64,000 bases of DNA from an uncultured Faecalitalea sp. (lineage in GTDB: Bacteria > Bacillota_I > Bacilli_A > Erysipelotrichales > Erysipelotrichaceae), in contig CAMNHO010000001.1 of assembly GCA_946539765.1 (NCBI GenBank), positions 54,773 to 118,772 on the forward strand. The letters are read 5' to 3'. The notes beneath the pieces were generated by a model that was not told the DNA's origin, did no database searches, and worked only from the letters and a program-made list of their open reading frames with translations. Numbering within the stretch: position 1 is the stretch's first letter; every line of letters starts with the position of its first letter. Below are positions 26,682-34,681 of this stretch, in pieces. The position numbers were made by a program, and so were the translations under genes.

Positions 26682-27538
26682 TAGTTTGTTTCCTCCAGTT
26701 TCAGCGTAGCTGCACAATAGACTTTGTCCTCTTTCATCTCAATGGTAAATTCACCATGGTGCTCTTTGCAGATCTGCTGAATGATCTGCAGACCAAATCC
26801 ATGACGTTCAAAATCCTTTTTGGTGGATAAGCCAAAGACGATCTTCGGATTGGTTTTCTTGTTGTAGGCATTCTGTACACGAATTATCAGATAGTTGGCC
26901 TGTATAAAGATTTTCACCTCGATCCTTCTTTGCAGGATATGGACATTCTGGTTGGCTTCGATGGCATTATCTAACAGATTGGTCAAAACAGACATGATTG
27001 CGTAATTGGACACTGGAATGTTTTCCGGGACAATGGCCTGGATGGCATACTTGATATGCAGCTTACGCATAATCAGGGTCTTGTTGTAAAGAATGGCATC
27101 AATCACTTTATTCGGACAATACTTGATAAAAACATCGGATGCATATTCTTCAATCAGCTGATTAGCTAAAGCCCGGTAATCAGTATTTGTATCGGTTTCC
27201 TGTTGCTTGGCAATTTCAAATAGCTTTTCCCGTTACCCATCCAGATCCTTGGATGCCTGCATACTGGCTAAAATATGCTCATTCTGGATTTCCTTTTGAC
27301 GTAAAAGGATCTCTTTTTCTGCATTCTGCCAAGCCTGGTAGGATAAGGATCTAAATACCTGGTATAAAAAATAAAAAGACAGGACACCCAATGTAAAAAG
27401 AAGGATGATAAATACCAGTAAAAAGGAGCTGTCTATAAAATGCTGGGTCAAAAGTATACTGATAAAGAATAAGATCTCAATGGTGAAAAAACCGATGATG
27501 GATCTTTCATTTTTCATATAGTAAAAGAATTCCTTCAT
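26681..27538 (-). pseudogene. Small GHKL (HATPase_c_5-like) sensor kinase interrupted by an in-frame TAA; the canonical H-box His is replaced
   Basis: One continuous frame holds 2 TM helices, a coiled region ...MQASKDLDG, TAA (27233-27235), then REKLFEIAKQ...NKVIDAILYNK...LTNLLDNAIEAN...HGFGLQII (ATPase N, G1 and G2 boxes). SKD sits where the paralogs have RHD. Confidence 0.7.
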
Positions 27539-28251
27539 AATGTCTCCTCAATTTAAAAGTATGTGTCAAATAGTATTGAAAAGATTGATTCACTTTCTTT
27601 GCGTAGCTTCGAGAAATCGGAACAAGCTGATCATTGATCAATATAAAATCCGTCCGTGTATGCTCCTTGACTTTATCAAAGTTGACAATAAAGCTTTGAT
27701 GACATTGTTGGAAACTATCTGTCAGGTCAGGGAATAATTCTTCAAAAGTCAATGCGACCCGCAGTGTCTGGGTCTTTCCATGAAGCAAGCTGTATCGTTT
27801 GATTCTTTCGATACAGTAAATCGAATGAATGGGAACCCGTACGGTTTGTTTCTACGACCAGCACCTTTTTCATCTCTGAACATAAAGCCATAGCTTTATC
27901 TAACGCCGGTTTCAGGCGCAGTTCGACCTCAGGCTTAAAAATAAAATAACAGTGCTCTGTTTCATAGACATCGGTTACTTTTTCCAGATAAGCACTGATA
28001 AAGATTATGACAGCACCGGCATCCGTCTGATGGATCTGTTTGGCAATGTCGATGCCACTGGCTTCTTTATCCAAAACAATATCCAACACATAAATATTCA
28101 TCCCTTTAAACCGGGACAGCTGATCCATCATATCCTGGGCATGAATATAAGAATAGAGCTGTATCAGAGAATCCGGATACAGATTTTTGATCCGGCTTTC
28201 CAAAGCGAGATTCTGGCGTAGATCGTCTTCTAAAAGAATTATGTTGTACAT
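27507..28251 (-). pseudogene. LytTR-family response regulator with a +1 frameshift between the receiver and DNA-binding domains
   Basis: The REC domain (MYNIILLEDD...VLDIVL...) reads in one frame as far as ...KKVLVVETNRT. The LytTR domain (RVPIHSIYCIERIKRYSLLHGKTQ...CHQSFIVNFDKV...ISRSY) continues in the +1 frame. The switch must lie within about 27836-27851. Confidence 0.75.
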
Positions 28252-28519
28252 AAAATCATCCTTTTCTGTCTAAAAAAATATATTATGAATAAATATACAT
28301 AAATAGTTATAATTAAGGGATTATTATTTAATTACTTTTGATATTGGGGACACTTTTTTTACTGTTTCGGACAAACAGAGGGATGAAAATGAGAAACCAT
28401 ATATAATAAATAACGAATAAAGAGATAGAAAAAACGAAAAATCGTAATTATACTAAAAAATACATTAAAAAACGTATATAATTATATTGAATCAATTTTT
28501 GAGGGTGTAGGAGAAGACT

Positions 28520-28720
28520 ATGTATCAGAACGTAATCAAAGAAATGAAGGAGAAACAAATCACGCTGGAAGACCTGGCCATGCAGCTACCTATGGATCTA
28601 GACTGTTTGAATGATAAAATTCAAGGAAAGCAGGCAATTACACTGGAGGAATGCATGGCTGTAAAAAAAGCATTAAAATCTCGGTTAGATATCGATATTT
28701 TATTTATAGAAGAAAAATAA
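28520..28720 (+). CDS. Small XRE-like helix-turn-helix protein
   Basis: 66 aa. The pattern ITLEDLAMQL...IQGKQAITLEECMAVKKAL resembles HTH_3-type regulators. SD GGAGAAG lies upstream. Confidence 0.45.
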   Translation: MYQNVIKEMKEKQITLEDLAMQLPMDLDCLNDKIQGKQAITLEECMAVKKALKSRLDIDILFIEEK

Positions 28721-28777
28721 ACCTTCTATTTAGATATTTCAGAATTGGTTTTAATTCATGAATGAAGGAGAATAAAC

Positions 28778-29413
28778 ATGAAGAAACTAATCTATGTCAT
28801 GTTGGTGGTCTGTTTACTGGTAGCTAATGCTTCCAATGTTAATGCTATTTCACCAGAAACAAATGAATATACTCAAAAGGGATACACAAAGGTCAAAGTT
28901 CCCATTCATAAGAACCGGTTTTATTTTACCAGTATGGATAAATAATCTTATTTTGAATTACCGGAGGGTGTGACCTTTGACTATTTTGAATCGACAGACC
29001 AAGGAATGGAATATCATTTTGATGTAGATATTCTATCAAAGGATATTGTGGATATCACTTTACATATTACGGATTGGGATTCGGAGGAATACTTTCCAGA
29101 GATCATGGCAGAATATCCAAAAAAATCAGATGCAGAAAGATTGATTCCGGAAGACATTCAACAGACACCGATGGGTTTGAATCAAATCGATGGCTCAGAA
29201 TCTAAGTATAAATATATGTTATCCCATATTGCACAAATGTATTATGTGCAGGAAACCTATGTTGTAGATACGAATTCTAAACACTTGTACATCATAATAG
29301 TAGAATGCCAGTATAAAGGAGATTTTGGTAGTTCGAGCTTAAGTGAAGAGGAGGGAAAGAAGCTAAATAGTTTCTGTAATCAGGTATATGACAACTGTGT
29401 TTTAAGAAAGTAA
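28778..29413 (+). pseudogene. Secreted hypothetical protein interrupted by an in-frame TAA
   Basis: The ATG at 28778 has SD AAGGAG and starts a Sec signal peptide (MKKLIYVMLVVCLLVANASNVNA). TAA at 28943-28945 is followed in the same frame by SYFELPEGVTFDYFEST..., which is the track ORF 28970..29413. Confidence 0.6.
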
Positions 29414-29417
29414 GGAT

Positions 29418-29457
29418 AAAAACAGCCTGTGGAGAATAGACTCCATGGGCTGTTTTA
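29418..29457. terminator. Bidirectional hairpin terminator
   Basis: The stem acagcctgtggag / ctccatgggctgt has a 2-nt internal mismatch, an A-run before and TTTT after. It lies between convergent genes. Confidence 0.5.
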
Positions 29458-30387
29458 TTAGGGCGCTATTTTCTTTTTCTTAGCCTTTAACCATGTTTTA
29501 ATGCGTTGTTTATCAAGGGAAGACTTCATATCCGGAACATCCTTTGAATGTTCAAGGATCCAGTGCAGCACTTCCTTTTTATCTTGTCTGGAAGGATTGG
29601 ATTGACCGAAATAATAATGGACAAGGATAAGCATTTGGCGTTTCCACCAGCTTTGTATCAGCATCGGATCGGCTTTATCCATTAAATGCTCCTTGACCCA
29701 TACTCTTTCTTCGAGATTCTGGATCAGAAAGTTCTTTTCAATATGGTTGGATATATTATCAGAATGCACCCTGTAGTTACCGACAAGTTCATCCAGTATA
29801 TATACGTTGCCGAATAAAAGAGCCCTTAAATAGATGGCATAGTCATTGACCATTTCCATATGTTCCAGATCGGCTTGTTTCAGCTTATCCGCAACAAATA
29901 ACGTGGTAAAGGTGGATAATGGCTTTTTATAAGGTGCATCCATATGGAGCAGATACTCGAGGCCATCCTTATAGTCGGTAAAACCAATGGAATGAGGATA
30001 GAGCTTATCTTGTAGAACATGATAGGAATTGGCATTGGCACTCACGAACACAAGATCCTTATCTTGATTGAAGGAAAAAGCTGTTATCGCATTATGAAAG
30101 AAGCTGGGGTCGATGTAGTAGTCATCGTCATCCAGAAAGATGATATAGTCCCCCTTAGCTTTTTTAAACCCGAAATTGCGGTTATAGCCGGGGCCTTTAT
30201 TTGTATCATTACGAAAATAACGGATCCGCGGCTCTTTCAGGCGCTGGACGGCTTTTTGCGTTCCGTCGGTGGAATGATCATCGACTAGGATAATTTCCCA
30301 ATTGGTATATGTCTGCCGACGGACACTATCAATGGCTTCCAGTAACATGGATTTTCGATTGTAGGTAGGGATGACAATACTGATCAT
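29458..30387 (-). CDS. Family 2 glycosyltransferase
   Basis: 309 aa. Contains ISIVIPTYNR, VDDHSTDGT and a LDDDD motif. Confidence 0.85.
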   Translation of the reverse strand: MISIVIPTYNRKSMLLEAIDSVRRQTYTNWEIILVDDHSTDGTQKAVQRLKEPRIRYFRNDTNKGPGYNRNFGFKKAKGDYIIFLDDDDYYIDPSFFHNAITAFSFNQDKDLVFVSANANSYHVLQDKLYPHSIGFTDYKDGLEYLLHMDAPYKKPLSTFTTLFVADKLKQADLEHMEMVNDYAIYLRALLFGNVYILDELVGNYRVHSDNISNHIEKNFLIQNLEERVWVKEHLMDKADPMLIQSWWKRQMLILVHYYFGQSNPSRQDKKEVLHWILEHSKDVPDMKSSLDKQRIKTWLKAKKKKIAP

Positions 30388-31445
30388 AAGGATCCTCCTT
30401 TATACAGAGCATCTAAGTCTTTAAAATGCTCAAAGGCCTTCTGTCGGATCTTGTCAATCGAACGCAAAGAGGCGGCCTCTTTTAAGATCTTTTCATAGGT
30501 GATGTCGGACAAGGATTCCAGAGAACAGCCAGGTTGTATATGCAAGTCTTTGCACACATTTTCGGTTTTATTGGAATAGGGTATGGAAAATACTCTACAG
30601 TTATAGATCCAGCCTAAGATCATGGCATGAAAACGGGTGGCTACCATGTATTCACTGGTTCGTATCTTATCCAGGCTTTGTTCAATATCTCCATCATAAA
30701 CATGAATATCGGCCTGGCTTTCAATTGTGGTTCCCTGGATGACCTTTTGAATACATTGATCATCCTTCTGGTACTTGGAAAAGCCTAAGATACGAACGAT
30801 CCAACCTTGTTCTAAAAAAGCCAGGATCGTTGTGCGCATAGACTGTATATATGTTTCTTTATATGCTTGTAATCTTACATCATGTGTCATATCCATCAAA
30901 GAAAAACAAATGCTCTTAGGAGCTTTCTGACAAGGTGCTTCTGGCAGGGTAAAAACAAGATCTGGTGCGTAATGTATGTGACTTATGTCTGAAAACAATT
31001 GATAGGTATCCATATCTCTTACACAGACATCATCGCATAAAGAGAAGAATGTATGATAATGATCTAGGAATTCCCGGCTGGTATAAGGGCCAAAATTGAT
31101 GCCCATTATGCTTATATGCCGGCTTTTATCCAGCATCTTTCGACGATATTCATAGACTTGTTTCCAATTCTCATTTTCCATGAACATAGAACCACCTATA
31201 AAAACAGTTCCATCGCATTTCTTGAGGATCCGGTTCTGTTTACCGAAGGATGTGTCAAGCTTTTTGTCCACTTTATCTAAGAAATCGTTGGGTAGTATCG
31301 TCAGATTAGGCAGGGACTGCAACGTTTGATTGGAAAAATCGCTGACCATATAAAACTGCACGTCCGGATATCTTTGTACCAGCTGTCGGATAAATAAATC
31401 ATCACCTAAGTTGTTTTTACAATATGCTATGATCCATAGTTTCAT
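30384..31445 (-). CDS. Polysaccharide pyruvyl transferase (CsaB-like)
   Basis: 353 aa. Has N-terminal NLGDDLF and C-terminal VATRFHAMILG motifs of the PS_pyruv_trans family. Overlaps the downstream GT2 gene by 4 nt. Confidence 0.7.
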   Translation of the reverse strand: MKLWIIAYCKNNLGDDLFIRQLVQRYPDVQFYMVSDFSNQTLQSLPNLTILPNDFLDKVDKKLDTSFGKQNRILKKCDGTVFIGGSMFMENENWKQVYEYRRKMLDKSRHISIMGINFGPYTSREFLDHYHTFFSLCDDVCVRDMDTYQLFSDISHIHYAPDLVFTLPEAPCQKAPKSICFSLMDMTHDVRLQAYKETYIQSMRTTILAFLEQGWIVRILGFSKYQKDDQCIQKVIQGTTIESQADIHVYDGDIEQSLDKIRTSEYMVATRFHAMILGWIYNCRVFSIPYSNKTENVCKDLHIQPGCSLESLSDITYEKILKEAASLRSIDKIRQKAFEHFKDLDALYKGGSL

Positions 31446-31587
31446 AGTTTCATTGTATTAAAAATCAGAATGAAAGGAAAGAATAATACGAAAGGAGCTG
31501 ATCATCCAAAATATAAAAATGAAAACCATTGTGAATAAAATAAGAAATGAAGTATAATTAAAGATAATTATGTATAAAAAATGATGA

Positions 31588-33873
31588 TTGAATTATAGAT
31601 TGAGCTTAGGGAGGAGACCTAAGAACAACACAAATCACAAACTTTTAAAAGCACTGGCCTATCCGGCCTCTGCCTATTTTGTACTAGCTGCAGCCGGGAC
31701 GGCCGTCTATGCCGAAGAAGCGCAGCCACAGGAAATAACGGAAAGCACAATCGTCGAATCAACGGAAGAAACCGTAATTTTAGAGGATCCGGAATATATG
31801 AATACAGAACCATCCGAAGATGCTAATGAAATGACGATTGATCAAACGGATGAACAAGAAGGTGTAAAGACACAGGATTCCAGTGGTACATGCGGTGAAC
31901 AAGTGTCATGGACCTTAACAGAGGATGGTACATTGACCATTTCTGGTACTGGGGTTATGTATGATTATTCTTCGGTTAATCGTTCTCCTTTTTATTATAA
32001 TGAAACGATTACCTCTGTCATTATTGAAGACGGTGTAACCAATATCGGCAATGATATGTTTGATAATTGCTCTGAACTGCGCTCTATCACCATTGCCAAA
32101 AGTGTTACCAGTATTGGCGACAAAGCCTTTACCAGCTGTGTGGGATTAACAGACATCACCTTACCGAAGGAAATGAGGATCATAGGAGAGCACGCTTTTG
32201 ACTTATGCACCGCTTTAAAATCAATAAGGATCCCGGAAGGTGTAACGACCATCGGTCGATATGCGTTCGATAACTGTGAAGGTCTGGAAACGGTTATAAT
32301 TCCTCGAACTGTTACTTCTTTAGAAGCTGGGGCATTCTATAACTGTATCAGTTTGACCGAGATAATAATCCCCGATACGATAACATCGATACAAGCGAGC
32401 TTGTTTGCCCGTTGTGCAAGTCTGACAACTGTAAAAATTCCGGAAAATGTCACTTCGATCGGAAATATGGCATTTCAGTATTGTGACAGCCTTTCTTCGA
32501 TAACCATACCTGAAAAAGTTACCTTTATTGGAAACTATGCTTTTGGAAGTTGTCCGAACTTAACATCAATAACGATTCCGGATAACGTAATTTCCATTGG
32601 AACGTATGCGTTCAATGCATGTCCGTCTTTAAAAGAAGTTACCATTGGGAAAAAAGTACGTGTGATAGGCCGGAATGCTTTCTTTGGAAACACAGCCTTG
32701 GAGGAAGTGATCTTACCGGATAGTCTGGTCACGATTCAGCGTAATGTATTTGAATCATGTACGAATCTGAAGAAGGTTGTGATTCCTAAAAGTGTGACAA
32801 CCATACAGGCGAATGTGTTTAAGGACTGCGACCAGCTTACACTGTATGTGTATCCGGATTCTAAAGGACATCAATATGCGATAGACAACTCCATTCGTTA
32901 TGTTCTCTTTGTTTCTTTGGATAAAGAAGAGATCCTGATGCCGATTGGCAAAACGGAGACGGTTTCTTTTACAAATTTACCGGAAGGCGCCTCAATGGAA
33001 AACGCTGTCTGGACCAGTAAAGATGACACAATTGCGACCGTTTCAAACGGTATGATTACCGGTGTGTCTGCAGGAACCACAGTGATTACGGCGACTTCGC
33101 AGGATGGAGCATATATAGCTGAATGTCAGGTCAAGGTCTATTTTGAGAAATTTATTGATGTGCCACAGGACAAATGGTATCACGATGTTGTCTATGAGGC
33201 CAATGATAAAGGTATAATGACCGGACTGAAAGATACGACGTTCGGACCAAATGATCCGATGACTCGGGCAATGGTAGCGGTCGTGATGTATCGGATGGCA
33301 GGGAAACCGGAAGTGACATATCAAAAATATTTCTCTGATGTGGAAAAGGGAAAATGGTATTCGAATGCGATCACATGGGCCTATGAGAACAATGTCATCA
33401 AAGGCTATATCAATGGAAAATTCGGTGTGAAGGACAATGTCACAAGAGAGCAGCTGGCAATCATTCTAAACCGATATGTCAAATCGTTGGGATTGGTCTA
33501 TACCGCAGATTATGACCTGAGCGAATTCACAGATGCCAATAAGATTGCCTCCTATGGCGTAGAACCGTTAAAATGGACAGCGGCCAACGGAATCATGTCG
33601 GGAAGCAAGGGAATGATGGACCCGAAGGGATATGCGACCCGGGCGATGTGCGCCAAGATGTTCTTAAAGACGTTGCAGTATATACGCAATGGAGGACCGG
33701 TCAGTGATTCACAAACCGGAAAGACAAGCCTGGCTGTAACGGAAGAAAAACCAATGGTTTTAGCCCAAAAGGCAATGAAGCTGACCAATCAGAAGCTGCG
33801 GCTGGATCTGGACACAAAGACAGAAAGCGGTACTTCGTTGATAGAAGGGGCAAAGAAACGAAACATAAATTAA
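31588..33873 (+). CDS. Cell-surface protein: signal peptide, BspA-type leucine-rich repeats, a Big_2 domain and three SLH domains
   Basis: Repeated ~23-aa units (I.IP..VTSIG..AF..C..L) span about 32010-32860. A Big_2-like segment (VSAGTTVITATSQDG) follows. Three SLH units start at FIDVPQDKWY, FSDVEKGKWY and FTDANKIASY (about 33151-33680). The start codon is unresolved (TTG at 31588 or 31600). Confidence 0.8.
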   Translation: MNYRLSLGRRPKNNTNHKLLKALAYPASAYFVLAAAGTAVYAEEAQPQEITESTIVESTEETVILEDPEYMNTEPSEDANEMTIDQTDEQEGVKTQDSSGTCGEQVSWTLTEDGTLTISGTGVMYDYSSVNRSPFYYNETITSVIIEDGVTNIGNDMFDNCSELRSITIAKSVTSIGDKAFTSCVGLTDITLPKEMRIIGEHAFDLCTALKSIRIPEGVTTIGRYAFDNCEGLETVIIPRTVTSLEAGAFYNCISLTEIIIPDTITSIQASLFARCASLTTVKIPENVTSIGNMAFQYCDSLSSITIPEKVTFIGNYAFGSCPNLTSITIPDNVISIGTYAFNACPSLKEVTIGKKVRVIGRNAFFGNTALEEVILPDSLVTIQRNVFESCTNLKKVVIPKSVTTIQANVFKDCDQLTLYVYPDSKGHQYAIDNSIRYVLFVSLDKEEILMPIGKTETVSFTNLPEGASMENAVWTSKDDTIATVSNGMITGVSAGTTVITATSQDGAYIAECQVKVYFEKFIDVPQDKWYHDVVYEANDKGIMTGLKDTTFGPNDPMTRAMVAVVMYRMAGKPEVTYQKYFSDVEKGKWYSNAITWAYENNVIKGYINGKFGVKDNVTREQLAIILNRYVKSLGLVYTADYDLSEFTDANKIASYGVEPLKWTAANGIMSGSKGMMDPKGYATRAMCAKMFLKTLQYIRNGGPVSDSQTGKTSLAVTEEKPMVLAQKAMKLTNQKLRLDLDTKTESGTSLIEGAKKRNIN

Positions 33874-33955
33874 CGAAAAGAAACGAACATTTTAGAACAT
33901 CTATGATATAATGGCTACAAGGAGGATAAACGATTATATCGTTTAAAAAGAGAAT

Positions 33956-34666
33956 ATGAAACCAGTAAAAAAAGCAAGTGAAATGACAGTGAAGGAACTC
34001 GCTTCCTATATTGATTATTCGGTATTAAAACCGGAATTTACCGAGCAGGAAATTATTGATCTGACTAAAGATGGGGTACAATTAGGCTGTGCAACTATCT
34101 GTATCAATCCAGGATATATGGATCTATGCGAACCTTATGTAAAAGGAACCGATACGATGTTATGTCCGGTAACGGATTTCCCGTTTGGGGATAGCAGCAC
34201 CGAAAGTCGTATACAACAAATTGAACAGGTCGCAAAATACGATACAGTCAAGGAAGTGGACATTGTTGCGAATTTTGGAAAGATCCGTTCCGGAAAGATG
34301 GATGAAGTCGTGGAGGATCTGAAGGCTTGTGCACAGGCAGCACATAAATATGGCCGTGAACTAAAGGTTATTCTTGAAACCGATGCATTAACGGATGAAC
34401 AGATCAAAGCCGGATGTGAGGCTGTCATTGCGGCAGGGGCTGATTTCATTAAAACAAGTACGGGATTTTTGACCGGGCATGAAGCTAAAGGCGCTGCCGT
34501 GGATGTCATCAAGATGATCATGGAAGTAAACCAGGGTCGTGTCAAGATCAAAGGAAGCGGATGTATCCGAACCAGAGAACATTTCTTACAGTTGATCGAT
34601 ATGGGCATTGACCGCATGGGTGTTGGATATCGGAGTGTGCCGGTGGTTTTGGATCTGAATAAATAG
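33956..34666 (+). CDS. DeoC/LacD-family class I aldolase (deoxyribose-phosphate aldolase-like)
   Basis: 236 aa. Contains IDYSVLKPE, CINPGY and the Schiff-base region FIKTSTGF. Confidence 0.75.
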   Translation: MKPVKKASEMTVKELASYIDYSVLKPEFTEQEIIDLTKDGVQLGCATICINPGYMDLCEPYVKGTDTMLCPVTDFPFGDSSTESRIQQIEQVAKYDTVKEVDIVANFGKIRSGKMDEVVEDLKACAQAAHKYGRELKVILETDALTDEQIKAGCEAVIAAGADFIKTSTGFLTGHEAKGAAVDVIKMIMEVNQGRVKIKGSGCIRTREHFLQLIDMGIDRMGVGYRSVPVVLDLNK

Positions 34667-34681
34667 ATAAGGAGGAATCCT

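Noticed and set aside
23589-27538. A shufflon or invertible-cassette mechanism that swaps the four sensor modules onto the kinase catalytic domain
   Set aside because: All cassettes are in the same orientation and lie downstream of the catalytic domain. I saw no recombinase or invertase gene and no flanking inverted repeats in the locus. Each cassette has its own SD and start codon, so they look like independently translated ORFs rather than silent cassettes.
28305-28340. Possible LytTR-box direct repeats (TAATTAAA / TAATTATA on the minus strand) upstream of the response regulator operon
   Set aside because: The start-to-start spacing is about 19 nt rather than the 21 nt typical of LytTR sites. 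The motif is low-complexity AT sequence in a very AT-rich region, so a chance occurrence is likely.
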